Below are positions 1 through 9,690 of a DNA stretch of 64,000 nt, one piece after another. Position 1 is the stretch's first letter. Every line of letters begins with the position of its first letter. This DNA comes from Bdellovibrionales bacterium. Its GTDB lineage: Bacteria; Bdellovibrionota; Bdellovibrionia; Bdellovibrionales; JAGQZY01. The stretch covers positions 74,712 through 138,711 of the forward strand of contig JANPLN010000002.1 in assembly GCA_031426555.1 (NCBI GenBank), written 5' to 3'. A program made the translations under genes and the position numbers. The notes under the pieces were generated by a model. That model was not told the DNA's origin. It searched no databases and saw nothing but the letters and a program-made list of their open reading frames with translations.

Positions 1-968
1 GATGTGCCATGGAATAGAACACCTTCTAATCAGGTCAGTCGCAAGTATACACTTCAAAGAAGTGCTTCGAACCCTAAAGAATTTAAAGTGGATATTCCCA
101 TTGATTTTTCGGTGATGCCTGGTTTACTCGATCGCCTCTATGGGAGCATTCAGGCCCCCGAGCAGATGAGAGAAGGCCGCGACGGCGATCTGATTGCCAG
201 GTTTATGAACCGCGCTAACAAAGTTTTGCTAAGTACAAAGCAAACTTAGGCGATTCTCAGGGAAATTTTTTGAATATCCGGGTTGTTCCTCCAATGAGTA
301 CCAATCGAATCACTGCAAATCCTGTTGAGATTTCTTCGATCAATAGATCCTATTCAGACACGTGGGATTCGGGAGTTGGCTGTGGCACAATGATGCACGA
401 AGTTCTCCACTTAACGGGCCTTGTGGATTGTTATCAAGAAAAGTCTATCACTAAGACGTACGATCCTTCATGGTGGCCCTATAGCACCGACGAAACGACC
501 ATAGCTTACAATTGTAGAAACGTGCGAAATGATACCATCATGGCAAATCACAATGAGATAATGGGCGGTTATAAAACACAAATTTACCAATGCCATAGCG
601 CAAGCTGCAGCAGTCGACCTTTTCGCGCAACCTACTCGCTCAATGGGGATGATTTTGTAATGGTACCTAGCCGTCCCGACGCTGATTATTCAGACTCATC
701 CAACAATTCGCAAACGTTCGCGCAAAATACCGAAAAAACTATTTCGGAATGGATGACGGCAGGGAGAGCATGGTCGAATGAAGGGCGAGGCTATGTATTG
801 TTTATTCAGGAACGACCCACTCAGAGTCGATTTTTAACGGATGGTGAATTCAATTTTATCACTCGCCCTCAGTGCTCCAGAGACAACAAGTATTTTGCGT
901 GCTCGGCCAACGCCTATCGAACGCGGGAGATAGAGGGATGTATAAAGGTTCCCGGAGGTTGCAATTAA
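1..968 (+). pseudogene. Putative zincin metalloprotease, 5'-truncated by the window and apparently split by a single frameshift near 219-247 (pseudogene or sequencing error)
   Basis: ORF 270-968 has HEXXH (MMHEVLHLTGL) and is Cys-rich. Its frame is open back to 219 (FAKYKANLGDSQGNF...). The upstream frame stops at 247-249, and one extra T in the T4 run at 224-227 would join the two. Confidence 0.5.
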
Positions 969-993
969 ACATTTCATTTTTATTATAGCGTTC

Positions 994-1557
994 TTGGTTG
1001 TCTGCCGAGATTTGTTGGCGGATGATTTCGCCAAGAAAGATAATCCTGTCCTCATTCACCTTTCGCGCAGTCAGCCTCACCTGCAGGAGGAGGTGATCGT
1101 TAAATCAGTGAACGGCTTTGATTACATATTAACGACGAGCAATTCTCTGTCCCAAAAAAATACAGAAATCGGAGTTTACAAAAAAAAGGGGATTTACCTG
1201 TTTGCAAAGGCAAAACAATTTTCAACTACAGTCAAAACCGACAGCCCAAAAGATGTTGCTATGGGTAGTCCACACGATTGGCGACTGAAGGTTTTTGGGA
1301 AAGATGTAAAAAAAACTGACCCCGCGTACTCAGATGTTTTTAAAACCTTGCAGTTTGAATTAAAAAATTTAAATAAATGGACACCGGTAAAAACAGTTCA
1401 TGGAAAATTCGAAAAATCACAGGTTGTCTTCACTCACTTCGACGGGCGATTAAACACGAAGCGAAGCGAAAAACTCCCAGTGGCTAAAGCTTGCCAGTTT
1501 ATCAACGGACATTTTCTATGCCGAACGGACCAAGGTGCAATTCTCGTTTCGATATAG
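994..1557 (+). CDS. Hypothetical protein
   Basis: 187-aa ORF directly after the zincin ORF; start uncertain. Confidence 0.55.
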   Translation: MVVCRDLLADDFAKKDNPVLIHLSRSQPHLQEEVIVKSVNGFDYILTTSNSLSQKNTEIGVYKKKGIYLFAKAKQFSTTVKTDSPKDVAMGSPHDWRLKVFGKDVKKTDPAYSDVFKTLQFELKNLNKWTPVKTVHGKFEKSQVVFTHFDGRLNTKRSEKLPVAKACQFINGHFLCRTDQGAILVSI

Positions 1558-1582
1558 TTGTTTTCGATATTGTGCTCAGCGT

Positions 1583-2044
1583 CTAAAAAACTTCATTGCA
1601 GCTCGGCGGTAAAACCTCATGAACTGCGCTGTATTTTTTTTCGATAGTTGGATTATAAGCATCTTGCACAGCAGGTTCGGTACAACTTAAATCATTCACG
1701 TCGCTGATACAGCGAATCTTCGCAGTTTCTTCGCTGATAACATCCCCTTCATGCTCCGCATAAACTATTTCGATGAGTGACCACGGATTGTACTCGCTGG
1801 GTAGACCGAGCTTGGGAGCGTAGACCTGCTTGAGCATCTGCTCGGACATGCAGGTCGTAATAGCCTCTTGCTGCTCGTCAGCCACCTGACAACCTACCAC
1901 CTTTTTGCAACTGGCCTCCACAACCTTATACGCACGGGACGCATTCATAACAATATCAGACACCATGGGGTTTCCCGTCTCCGTGCCGCCGTTTTCTTTG
2001 CAAGAAGCCAAAATGAAAAATGTAAGTACGATGAAAACTCTCAT
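1583..2044 (-). CDS. Hypothetical lipoprotein with GGTETGNP motif
   Basis: Signal peptide and lipobox (ILAS-C), several Cys, 4-nt overlap with the TIGR02147 gene. Confidence 0.7.
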   Translation of the reverse strand: MRVFIVLTFFILASCKENGGTETGNPMVSDIVMNASRAYKVVEASCKKVVGCQVADEQQEAITTCMSEQMLKQVYAPKLGLPSEYNPWSLIEIVYAEHEGDVISEETAKIRCISDVNDLSCTEPAVQDAYNPTIEKKYSAVHEVLPPSCNEVF

Positions 2045-2895
2045 GCTATCTCCTCTTTTTTACTTACTAAAGGAAACCACTGAATGTTTAACTGATAAAC
2101 CTCTTCAGCTCCCTCACTGCTCTCAGCGAGGGCCAGAATTTCCTTGCGAAATTGTTGTATTTTTAATTTGATCTCTTCTTTCTTTAAAACGGATATGGGA
2201 ATGCAAACTGCCGAAACCTCTCTTTGCAGCTTTTGCACCTGTTCGATGGCATCAGAACCTTTTTGAATCATTTCCCGATGGTACTGTTTCACCAGACTAT
2301 GGCTTACTTCATTGCCGGTGCTCACAGTTTTTTGCACCTGAACCCACGTGTCTGAGCTTTTTGCAATCAAACCAATCTGTTCGAGGTGTGTGAGCGCCTC
2401 CGTCACTTGCTCTCTTTTTAAGGGAGGAGTGAACTGGTCGGCAATCCACTGTGGATCGTTTTTAAAATTTTTAAACAGCAGCATTTCGCGAATGGGGATG
2501 TAATACCATCGAGCGTAGTAAGCAAATTCCGCTTGCCGAAGAGGGTGGATTTTTTGCAAACCTTTGCATTTTAAAATCCTTTGCGCCCAATTGGCTTTGC
2601 CTGCTTCGGTTTCGGACTGGTGAAAATTCACCAAGCAAGAAAAGTACTCTGATTCCGAAGCCGATAGCTTAAACGCTTTTGCGAAGGCCTCGACACTGGC
2701 GGGAGAGAGGTTTCGCTTCCCGTCGATGACAAGTTTAAGAAAGTTTGGCGACGTAAAGCCTGCTTTGCTCGCAAAATAACGATACGAAAACTGCGGCATC
2801 TTTTGTTTGCAGTAATTGAAGTATGTTTTTAAAAACAAACGATGATTTTCGTATTCAAAAATATTAGGTCGCTGTAAATCAAGTTGCTGTTCCAT
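2041..2895 (-). CDS. TIGR02147 family protein (N-terminal HTH-like region + DUF4423)
   Basis: IFEYENHRLFL...FSYRYFASKAGFTSPNFLKLVIDGKRNLS, YYARWYYIPIRE, VYQLNIQWFPL. Confidence 0.85.
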   Translation of the reverse strand: MEQQLDLQRPNIFEYENHRLFLKTYFNYCKQKMPQFSYRYFASKAGFTSPNFLKLVIDGKRNLSPASVEAFAKAFKLSASESEYFSCLVNFHQSETEAGKANWAQRILKCKGLQKIHPLRQAEFAYYARWYYIPIREMLLFKNFKNDPQWIADQFTPPLKREQVTEALTHLEQIGLIAKSSDTWVQVQKTVSTGNEVSHSLVKQYHREMIQKGSDAIEQVQKLQREVSAVCIPISVLKKEEIKLKIQQFRKEILALAESSEGAEEVYQLNIQWFPLVSKKEEIA

Positions 2896-2968
2896 TGCTT
2901 TAACTGTCGGAATTTTCTTTATTTAAGGCAAGTCGCGATTTTCGAAAACGTATTCTGCAGAATACTCC

Positions 2969-3472
2969 TTAGTCTTTCGTCGAGGTGTACGGCGCGGAAA
3001 CGCCATTATCATCGCCGGTTGCCATAACGTCTAAATAAAGCTCTTCTATTTTTTGCGCTATGGGATCATCCAGACTAAGAGGCAGATTACAGTAATTCCC
3101 ATACTGATCGCGATAAGAAACGAGCAGTAAATGAAAAATAAGGGGCACTGGTTCTGAGGGGCCATAACATTGAGCTCGTGCAACAATATCGTCACACAAG
3201 GCTTTAAAGCTTTGATCGTCTTCGAATATTTTGAGTTTAGAAACATCGTCCAATTCTGAGTAGACTACCACCATAATATCATCATGAGTTGCTAAAATTG
3301 AATCCACAAAGCGCGTGATATTAACTCGATGGGGCTGGCTGCTTGCAAAATTGTGATATTCTAAATTGTGTGCCTCTGTGCAAATAAAAAACTGTGGGTC
3401 CTCTTCAACCTCTTTGCATGCACCAGTCACCGATAAAATTAAGATATAAAAGAGTCGCTTGATATTTCGCAT
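2969..3472 (-). CDS. Hypothetical lipoprotein
   Basis: N-terminus ...ILSVTGA-C, AAGGAG RBS upstream. Confidence 0.65.
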   Translation of the reverse strand: MRNIKRLFYILILSVTGACKEVEEDPQFFICTEAHNLEYHNFASSQPHRVNITRFVDSILATHDDIMVVVYSELDDVSKLKIFEDDQSFKALCDDIVARAQCYGPSEPVPLIFHLLLVSYRDQYGNYCNLPLSLDDPIAQKIEELYLDVMATGDDNGVSAPYTSTKD

Positions 3473-3630
3473 ACTTTCTCCTTGTTAGTTCTTTCAGTGT
3501 CGAACCAACAGGAGAAATAAAATAGACGTGCCTTAAACTCATCGTGTTCTGGACGTATTCCATCACTTGTTTTTGTATACCGATTGAATACGGCCTAGCA
3601 AGAAATCTCATCCAGAGATGAGGCTATTTA

Positions 3631-4140
3631 CTAACAACCTTCGATTTTATAAAAATTCACTTCGTAGGCTGTTTTCGATTTTACATCAATAAGAACAGGC
3701 GTCGTAAGCATTTGACCACAGACAGCGTCTCCATTGGGATTCCAGCTGTAAACCACATCTGTGTTTTTAAGCTCACTCAAAAGTTTTTGAATTGTGCTGA
3801 TTTCTTTTTTGCTATAAAGCACCTGACTCGCATTGGCATCCTCGTCCATAAAATGAATTGCTGAGAACAATAGGTCCGAAAAGTTTTTTGCATCTGTGGT
3901 GCCCCAGACGAATTCGTCCATGGACTCAACAGTCTTGTAGTTCAGTATAATTTCGTCGTCGGTCTCTTCGGTGACTTGATACTGCAACGACTCGGTTAAC
4001 TGCTCAAGTGTTTCGCCCTCCAGGTTGTAGACGTTCATTCCGGATTCCGCGATGGTGCCTAGCTGAGTTGCCACAGAAGCGATGTCGGCAGAGGCAAAAA
4101 AAGCACAAACTGTTATTAAAGAAAAAAGAATCGTTTTCAT
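3631..4140 (-). CDS. Hypothetical secreted protein
   Basis: Signal peptide MKTILFSLITVCAFFASA, GGGAG RBS. Confidence 0.7.
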   Translation of the reverse strand: MKTILFSLITVCAFFASADIASVATQLGTIAESGMNVYNLEGETLEQLTESLQYQVTEETDDEIILNYKTVESMDEFVWGTTDAKNFSDLLFSAIHFMDEDANASQVLYSKKEISTIQKLLSELKNTDVVYSWNPNGDAVCGQMLTTPVLIDVKSKTAYEVNFYKIEGC

Positions 4141-4191
4141 AAAATCTCCCTGTTAGCTAAGCTAGTACTGGAGTTCGTGTCCTGACACAAA

Positions 4192-4728
4192 TTATATTTC
4201 GATATGCTTTAAACACTGATAAAGCGAAGCCACCACAATGTTATGATTAAACATTCCGTCCTCAAGAGCTTTTCGCAAGCGCGACAACTCCATAAGTTCC
4301 ACGTCTATTTCCTCAAACGGATCTAAATTCTGAGGGCCCTTTATAATGCAGTCTTTTGCCAAATAGGTATGGATTCTATTGTCTTGGAGCGCTGGATTGG
4401 GAAAGTTTTCTGCCACCTTCACGATGTTTTGTGAGGTGTAACCGGTTTCCTCCTCAAGCTCGCGCAAAGCGCCCAGCTTGGGATCTTCCCCGCGATGCAC
4501 GGCACCCCCCGGGACTTCCCAGTGAATCTCTCCCGTGGCATGGCGGTACTGTTTGATCAGCACGATTTTGTTATCGCTCGTTATGGGAACGATATTTACC
4601 CAGTCTGGAAACCGCAAAGTATAGTAGCTCGGCATGATGCGCCCATCGGGCATCTCGCACTTTTCTTGATCTATGGACACCAAACCTGATTTAAAGACCT
4701 GTTTTGATTCTAAGGATTTCCACTTCAT
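4192..4728 (-). CDS. NUDIX hydrolase (ADP-ribose pyrophosphatase-like)
   Basis: Nudix box GGAVHRGEDPKLGALRELEEETGY; LIKQYRH. Confidence 0.9.
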   Translation of the reverse strand: MKWKSLESKQVFKSGLVSIDQEKCEMPDGRIMPSYYTLRFPDWVNIVPITSDNKIVLIKQYRHATGEIHWEVPGGAVHRGEDPKLGALRELEEETGYTSQNIVKVAENFPNPALQDNRIHTYLAKDCIIKGPQNLDPFEEIDVELMELSRLRKALEDGMFNHNIVVASLYQCLKHIEI

Positions 4729-4732
4729 GGAG

Positions 4733-4865
4733 GTTAGGTATCAACATTCCCAAAAGGTACCAAGTAAGTTTACCGCCAAGGACCTACCGGCTGCAGTGCG
4801 ACACCGGTTAATGCGGCGCACTCGGGAAAGGTACTTGGTACCTTTTGGGAATGTTGATACCTAAC
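4733..4865. repeat. REPIN-like palindrome with perfect 34-bp arms
   Basis: 4733-4766 GTTAGGTATCAACATTCCCAAAAGGTACCAAGTA is the exact reverse complement of 4832-4865. Confidence 0.9.
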
Positions 4866-4869
4866 GAGC

Positions 4870-5526
4870 ATGCTTTATCTTGTGTCTGTGCCTGTGGGCC
4901 ATCCTGACGATATTTCTTTGCGCGCTTTGCAAATTCTCAAAACTGCCGAAGTCATTATTGGCGAAGAGACCAAACCGCTTTTTCAACTTCTTAAACATCA
5001 CAATATTCCGCGCCCGGAGGTGGCCGAATTTTTAAACGAGCACAGCAAAGACGTGGATATTGATTTTTTTGTGGGCCTTTGTCGCGAAAAGAATGTCGCG
5101 CTCGTCACCGATTGTGGCACTCCTGGTTTTTGTGATCCTGGCGCTGCTTTGGTTCGCCGCTGCCGTATGGAGAACATTCCTGTTTCCGCCGTTCCCGGGG
5201 CGTCGTCGCTGATGATCCTTTTAAGTTTGAGTGGTTTGGAGCTGAAAGAATTTTATTTTCGCGGTTTTTTACCTGCGAACAATGAGAAGCGTCGCCAAGA
5301 ACTTTCGAATCTTAAAAAAATCAAAGTGCCCATTGTACTCATGGACACGCCTTACCGGTTTCGGGCGCTCCTCGAAGATTTGAAGGAAACCCACGCGACC
5401 TCGCGGTGTGTTCTCGGAATAAACCTCACGCAGGAAAGCGAACATATTTACGACGGACCTTTGTCGCAGTTAAATCTGCAAACGCTTCCTGAGAAGGCGG
5501 AGTTTATCCTCATCCTGCACTCTTAA
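4870..5526 (+). CDS. rsmI: 16S rRNA C1402 2'-O-methyltransferase RsmI-like (short form)
   Basis: LYLVSVPVGHPDDISLRAL, VALVTDCGTPGFCDPG, VPGASS, FRGFLP. Confidence 0.8.
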   Translation: MLYLVSVPVGHPDDISLRALQILKTAEVIIGEETKPLFQLLKHHNIPRPEVAEFLNEHSKDVDIDFFVGLCREKNVALVTDCGTPGFCDPGAALVRRCRMENIPVSAVPGASSLMILLSLSGLELKEFYFRGFLPANNEKRRQELSNLKKIKVPIVLMDTPYRFRALLEDLKETHATSRCVLGINLTQESEHIYDGPLSQLNLQTLPEKAEFILILHS

Positions 5527-5550
5527 GAAACCGCCCCAGTCCTCCGATCA
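5523..5550 (+). promoter_or_regulatory. Candidate sigma28 (FliA) promoter
   Basis: TTAAG-N15-TCCGATCA, 7 nt before ATG 5558. Confidence 0.5.
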
Positions 5551-5557
5551 ATAGTCT

Positions 5558-6397
5558 ATGAAAAATCTAGTTATTTTAGCCATTGTTGGAAGCTTCCTTA
5601 TTCACTTTGAAGCGCTGGCGGAGACGCGAGCCTATTCGCTCTGCCCGAACATCCAGTCGGTGCATTATTCCGACCCGAAAAAAAATCGCAGCATCGTGAT
5701 GAATTATGATCCGGTAAGAAAGTACTTTGTTTTTTTACGCTGTGGCGAGAGCGATACAGCTCGCACCACATCCCGCGTCCAGGAAAATAAATGTCACATT
5801 TACCGCCAAGGGCATGAAGGCGCCCTTTGCCGCGACGAAATCACTCAGTCCCGGGTTTCGCGCGTGATTTCAGACGTTGTCGATGCTGGGGTCTCCACCG
5901 CCATCTACGGACCGATGTCGAACCTTTCAAAAGTACGCAGAATCATCTCTACCGCTCGACAACTCAGTATCACCCCGCAATGTTTAGGCACGAGCATGAT
6001 GAAGGCTATGGCTCTCGGAGTGAACTCGTCGGCAATTACCGATACGTTTTACCAAGCCTCCACCGAGATTGGCCCGATGACGGGACTCACTCGCTTCGCG
6101 ACACGAAATCCTACGGCCAAAGCGAGTTACGTGTTTTCCCAAGTGAACTCCATCATCTCGCCGGGCTCGGGCTCCAAGGGCAGTGATGACGAACGCAGAG
6201 TGAATTTAACGGGGCCGTCGTACATGACCGCTCAGAGAAATAACACCGATACAGATCGACTTGTTCTTGATACAGCCGAGCACCACAGCCTTTGCACCTA
6301 TATGAAAAATTTGGGCAACGAGCCTGTGGCTCCCACGGAAGATGCGCAAGCCCGCGCCGTGAGTTCGCAGAGGAACGGGCTTATCACTCTCGATTAG
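5558..6397 (+). CDS. Hypothetical secreted protein
   Basis: Signal peptide ending EALA, several Cys. Confidence 0.7.
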   Translation: MKNLVILAIVGSFLIHFEALAETRAYSLCPNIQSVHYSDPKKNRSIVMNYDPVRKYFVFLRCGESDTARTTSRVQENKCHIYRQGHEGALCRDEITQSRVSRVISDVVDAGVSTAIYGPMSNLSKVRRIISTARQLSITPQCLGTSMMKAMALGVNSSAITDTFYQASTEIGPMTGLTRFATRNPTAKASYVFSQVNSIISPGSGSKGSDDERRVNLTGPSYMTAQRNNTDTDRLVLDTAEHHSLCTYMKNLGNEPVAPTEDAQARAVSSQRNGLITLD

Positions 6398-6452
6398 ATC
6401 CTTCGCTAGGTCCTTCATGATGCTCAGGATGGCTGCGCCACTCAGGACGACG
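6396..6452. repeat. REP-like repeat (GTCRTCCTGAG...GAAGGAYCT type), nested or doubled copy
   Basis: CGCTAGGTCCTTC and CTCAGGACGACG match the reverse complement of 22684-22714; lies between convergent genes. Confidence 0.65.
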
Positions 6453-6457
6453 CTGTC

Positions 6458-7882
6458 TTAATAGCCTTTTTTGCGTTTGCCGGATGGGAGAATTCGCAAA
6501 ACGTCGCGGTACTTGGCCACGGTTCTGCGGGCGATGATGATTCCATCTTTTTTCAACAGATCCACAATTTTTTGATCAGACAACGGCTTCTTATCGTCTT
6601 CTTTTTCAACCAGGTCTTTGATTTTTAATTTTACCGACTCGCTGGCCATGGAGTCGCCGTCATCCGTTGAGATTCCCGAATTGAAAAAATACTTCAGCTC
6701 AAAGATACCCTGAGGGGTGTGCACATACTTGCTTGTTGTCACGCGACTGATAGTGGACTCATGCATGCCGATGTCGTTGGCGATATCGCGAAGAATCATG
6801 GGCTTGATAAAGCCCGGTCCTTTTTCAAAAAATTCTTGCTGATGGCGCACGATACTCTCTGTGGTTTTGTAAATCGTGCGCTGACGTTGATGAATAGAGC
6901 GAATCAACCAAATGGCAGAACGCAGTTTATCTTGGATGTAACTTTGCGCCTCATCCTTAGTTTTACCCTGCACCATGTTTTTATAAAATTGCGAAATACG
7001 TAATTTGGGGAGCCCATCTTCATTTAAAGAAACAACAAACTCATCACCCACTTTATACACATACACATCCGGTGTGACATAGTGGGTGTCGTTGGAAGCA
7101 AAACGGCTGCCCGGTTTGGGATCCATGGTATTGATGATTTTACACATATCCACAACTTCTTCCACAGAAATTCCCATCTCTTTGGCGATGGCTGGATAGT
7201 TTTTTCGTTCTAAATCCTTCATATGATTTTTAATCAAAATCACAAAATCTTTTGTGTCTTCTTGAATCTGTTTTGCTTGGATCAGCAAACACTCTTGCAG
7301 GTCGCGCGCGCCCACGCCAAAGGGATCAAACTCTTGCACAAAGGGTAAAATCTCTTCGAGCTCTTTGGCGTTAACTTCCTCTTCAGAGGCGATTTCGGCA
7401 ATAGGGGTTTGTAAATACCCATCATCATTAATGTAGCTAATTAAAATTGTGGCCAGTGCCAGCTCTTCTTCGTTAAAACCATAAAGGCTGGCTTGCCAGT
7501 GCAGATGATCGTGCAGCGTTTGTTTTGTAGCAATGATGTTTTCATAATTCATGATCTCATCATTGTTCGAGTGCGTGCGCTCGCGGGTGCGATTTTGATT
7601 TTCGAAATATGAATCCCACTCAAATTCGTCTGATTTTTGTGGATCTTGGTTGGCCGTTTGCGTTTCGGGGTTTTGACTTTCCTGCTCGCCCTGTTCGGCC
7701 TTGGTTTCGTTGGCGGTTTCTTCGAAGCCTTCCTCGAGAACGGGATTTTCATTCATCTCGCGAACGATTTCGTTTTCGAGTTCCATGCGTGATAACTGTA
7801 AAAGCTTAATGGCCTGCTGAAGCTGAGGAGTCATCTTCAGAGTTTGTCGTAGCGCTAAGCTTTGTTTCATTCCCATGGCCAT
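6458..7882 (-). CDS. rpoN: RNA polymerase sigma-54 factor
   Basis: MTPQLQQAIKLLQLS, HESTISRVT, RpoN box ARRTVAKYR. Confidence 0.98.
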   Translation of the reverse strand: MAMGMKQSLALRQTLKMTPQLQQAIKLLQLSRMELENEIVREMNENPVLEEGFEETANETKAEQGEQESQNPETQTANQDPQKSDEFEWDSYFENQNRTRERTHSNNDEIMNYENIIATKQTLHDHLHWQASLYGFNEEELALATILISYINDDGYLQTPIAEIASEEEVNAKELEEILPFVQEFDPFGVGARDLQECLLIQAKQIQEDTKDFVILIKNHMKDLERKNYPAIAKEMGISVEEVVDMCKIINTMDPKPGSRFASNDTHYVTPDVYVYKVGDEFVVSLNEDGLPKLRISQFYKNMVQGKTKDEAQSYIQDKLRSAIWLIRSIHQRQRTIYKTTESIVRHQQEFFEKGPGFIKPMILRDIANDIGMHESTISRVTTSKYVHTPQGIFELKYFFNSGISTDDGDSMASESVKLKIKDLVEKEDDKKPLSDQKIVDLLKKDGIIIARRTVAKYRDVLRILPSGKRKKGY

Positions 7883-7925
7883 AAGTCCTCTTTCGTATCG
7901 GTGACGGTGAATTCAGCAGGGCCAA

Positions 7926-8648
7926 CTAGTAACGAAAGTTTTCTCCTAGATAAAACTTTCGCGCTATCGGGGATTCCGTAATTTCTTTCGGAGTTCCCTG
8001 CACTTGGACCTGACCTTCTTTCATTATATAACCAATATCGCAGATTTCTAAAGTTTCTCTTACGTTATGGTCCGTAATCAGGATACCTATTTGTTTCTCC
8101 TTCAGTTTTCGGATAATTTTCTGAATTTCATTAACCGCAATTGGGTCAATCCCGGCGAAAGGCTCGTCGAGGAGAAGAAACTTAGGAAATACAGCCAAAG
8201 AACGTGCTATTTCGACACGTCGGCGCTCCCCGCCCGATAAAGAAAATCCGTAGCTGTTCACAATGGCTTCCAAACCAAAATCAGCAATCAGCTGATCCAA
8301 GCGCTCTTGGCGACGGCCCCGCGATGACAATTGCACCTCGAGGGCTGCAAGGATATTTTCTTTCACTGTGAGTTTGCGAAAAATGCTGGGCTCCTGCGGA
8401 AGATAACTTATTCCGATGCGCGCGCGCTCGTACATGGGCGTGTCGCCAATGGAAATATCATCCAACTTGATTTGACCTGATTCGGTTGTCACTAAGCCGA
8501 CCACCATATAAAAACTTGTTGTTTTGCCAGCGCCGTTGGGCCCGAGCAGACCCACCACTTGCCCGGAGGTCACAGTGAACGAAACATCTTTGACGACCTT
8601 ACGACCCTTGTAAGTTTTGGATATTTTATCAACAGTGAGTAAACTCAT
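7926..8648 (-). CDS. lptB: LPS export ABC transporter ATPase LptB
   Basis: GPNGAGKTT, LSGGERRRVEIAR, LLDEPFAGIDP, ITDHNVRETL; next to rpoN. Confidence 0.96.
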   Translation of the reverse strand: MSLLTVDKISKTYKGRKVVKDVSFTVTSGQVVGLLGPNGAGKTTSFYMVVGLVTTESGQIKLDDISIGDTPMYERARIGISYLPQEPSIFRKLTVKENILAALEVQLSSRGRRQERLDQLIADFGLEAIVNSYGFSLSGGERRRVEIARSLAVFPKFLLLDEPFAGIDPIAVNEIQKIIRKLKEKQIGILITDHNVRETLEICDIGYIMKEGQVQVQGTPKEITESPIARKFYLGENFRY

Positions 8649-9616
8649 TTTGGCTTCTCCGAATCATGATACTCAATTTTTGCGTTCTTTACTTGCACTC
8701 TTTGGCCCTTGTTAAAAATCGTGATCTCGTCTCCGATAAGTTCATTGTCGTTTTGCGTAACAAAGGGTTTCTTGCGGAAAATATACTTGTCTTCGGTAAA
8801 ATACACAATAGCCTCGCCCGACGAGCCCGACTTGTCCTGATCCTGCATGTGAATCCCACCATCCATATACATCGTATCGAGGCGATTGTCTTTGTACTGA
8901 AAAATTGCATAATTTCCGCGCACCCGCATTCGATCCACTTTAATGACCACGTTGTTTTTAAAAGCCGCGGATTTTCTTTTACCACTAAATTCCCCGCGGT
9001 CGCTTGAAATATTCATCACTCGATTGTCGCTCATGGTCTTAAAGCCTTTGACCTTGCTTTGCATAATCATCAGATTGGTTTCCATCTCCACAGACAAACC
9101 CACACCCTCCAGATAAAGTCGCCCAGCTTTTTCTTCGGGAGGACCTTCGAGACTCACTTTGTCGTCCGAAATAATCTTGCGAGTATCTGGGTTGTAGCGA
9201 AGTTTTTCTGTATAAAAAATGTAGCCGTTGGTTGACGTGAGCTTTACGTTTCCTTCGATCACCATGGTCTTTTTAACTTCGTCCACGGCCCCTGTTTTTC
9301 CGGTAACCGTGTAGGTGGCATTTTCCGAATAAAACTGCGCCTTCACTTCCTCCATCTTCCACTCTGGCAAACCCATGGGTTTGTGAGCTTCGATGGCCCA
9401 AAGGTCGAGCTCCTTTTTTTGTTCTTTTGTGTCGACAATGTGGAAGTTTTTAATTGTTTGCGCTTCCAATTCCTTCGGAGCGTTTTCTGCTTCATTCTGA
9501 GACGTCTTTGAATCGCTCACAAACGTCACTTCGCTAGGGTCTAACCCTATGTAATACCATTCAAATGTAACAAACACGACCAAGGCCGCGAGGAGCATCC
9601 ACTTATTCACAGGCAA
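8645..9616 (-). CDS. lptC: LptC with a C-terminal LptA/OstA-like extension (apparent LptC-LptA fusion)
   Basis: N-terminal TM; LptC-like FYTEKLRYNPDTRKIISDDKV; LptA-like C-terminus VTQNDNELIGDEITIF; occupies the lptC-lptA position before lptB. Confidence 0.8.
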   Translation of the reverse strand: MPVNKWMLLAALVVFVTFEWYYIGLDPSEVTFVSDSKTSQNEAENAPKELEAQTIKNFHIVDTKEQKKELDLWAIEAHKPMGLPEWKMEEVKAQFYSENATYTVTGKTGAVDEVKKTMVIEGNVKLTSTNGYIFYTEKLRYNPDTRKIISDDKVSLEGPPEEKAGRLYLEGVGLSVEMETNLMIMQSKVKGFKTMSDNRVMNISSDRGEFSGKRKSAAFKNNVVIKVDRMRVRGNYAIFQYKDNRLDTMYMDGGIHMQDQDKSGSSGEAIVYFTEDKYIFRKKPFVTQNDNELIGDEITIFNKGQRVQVKNAKIEYHDSEKPK

Positions 9617-9654
9617 AGCTTATCGTAGACTGCAAAATAAGTGGAGTCGTTTTA

Positions 9655-9682
9655 TAAAGTTTTAAACGAAATAGGCCGATCT
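9655..9682 (+). promoter_or_regulatory. Candidate sigma28 promoter
   Basis: TAAAG-N15-GCCGATCT just before ATG 9691. Confidence 0.6.
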
Positions 9683-9690
9683 GAAGCCAT

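Noticed and set aside
4673..4864. 63-aa ORF across the NUDIX-rsmI gap
   Set aside because: Reads through the inverted repeat and overlaps the NUDIX gene antisense.
7901..7920. GTGACGGTGAATTCAGCA resembling the 43933 repeat
   Set aside because: No hairpin partner, and the match is short enough to be chance or part of the rpoN promoter.
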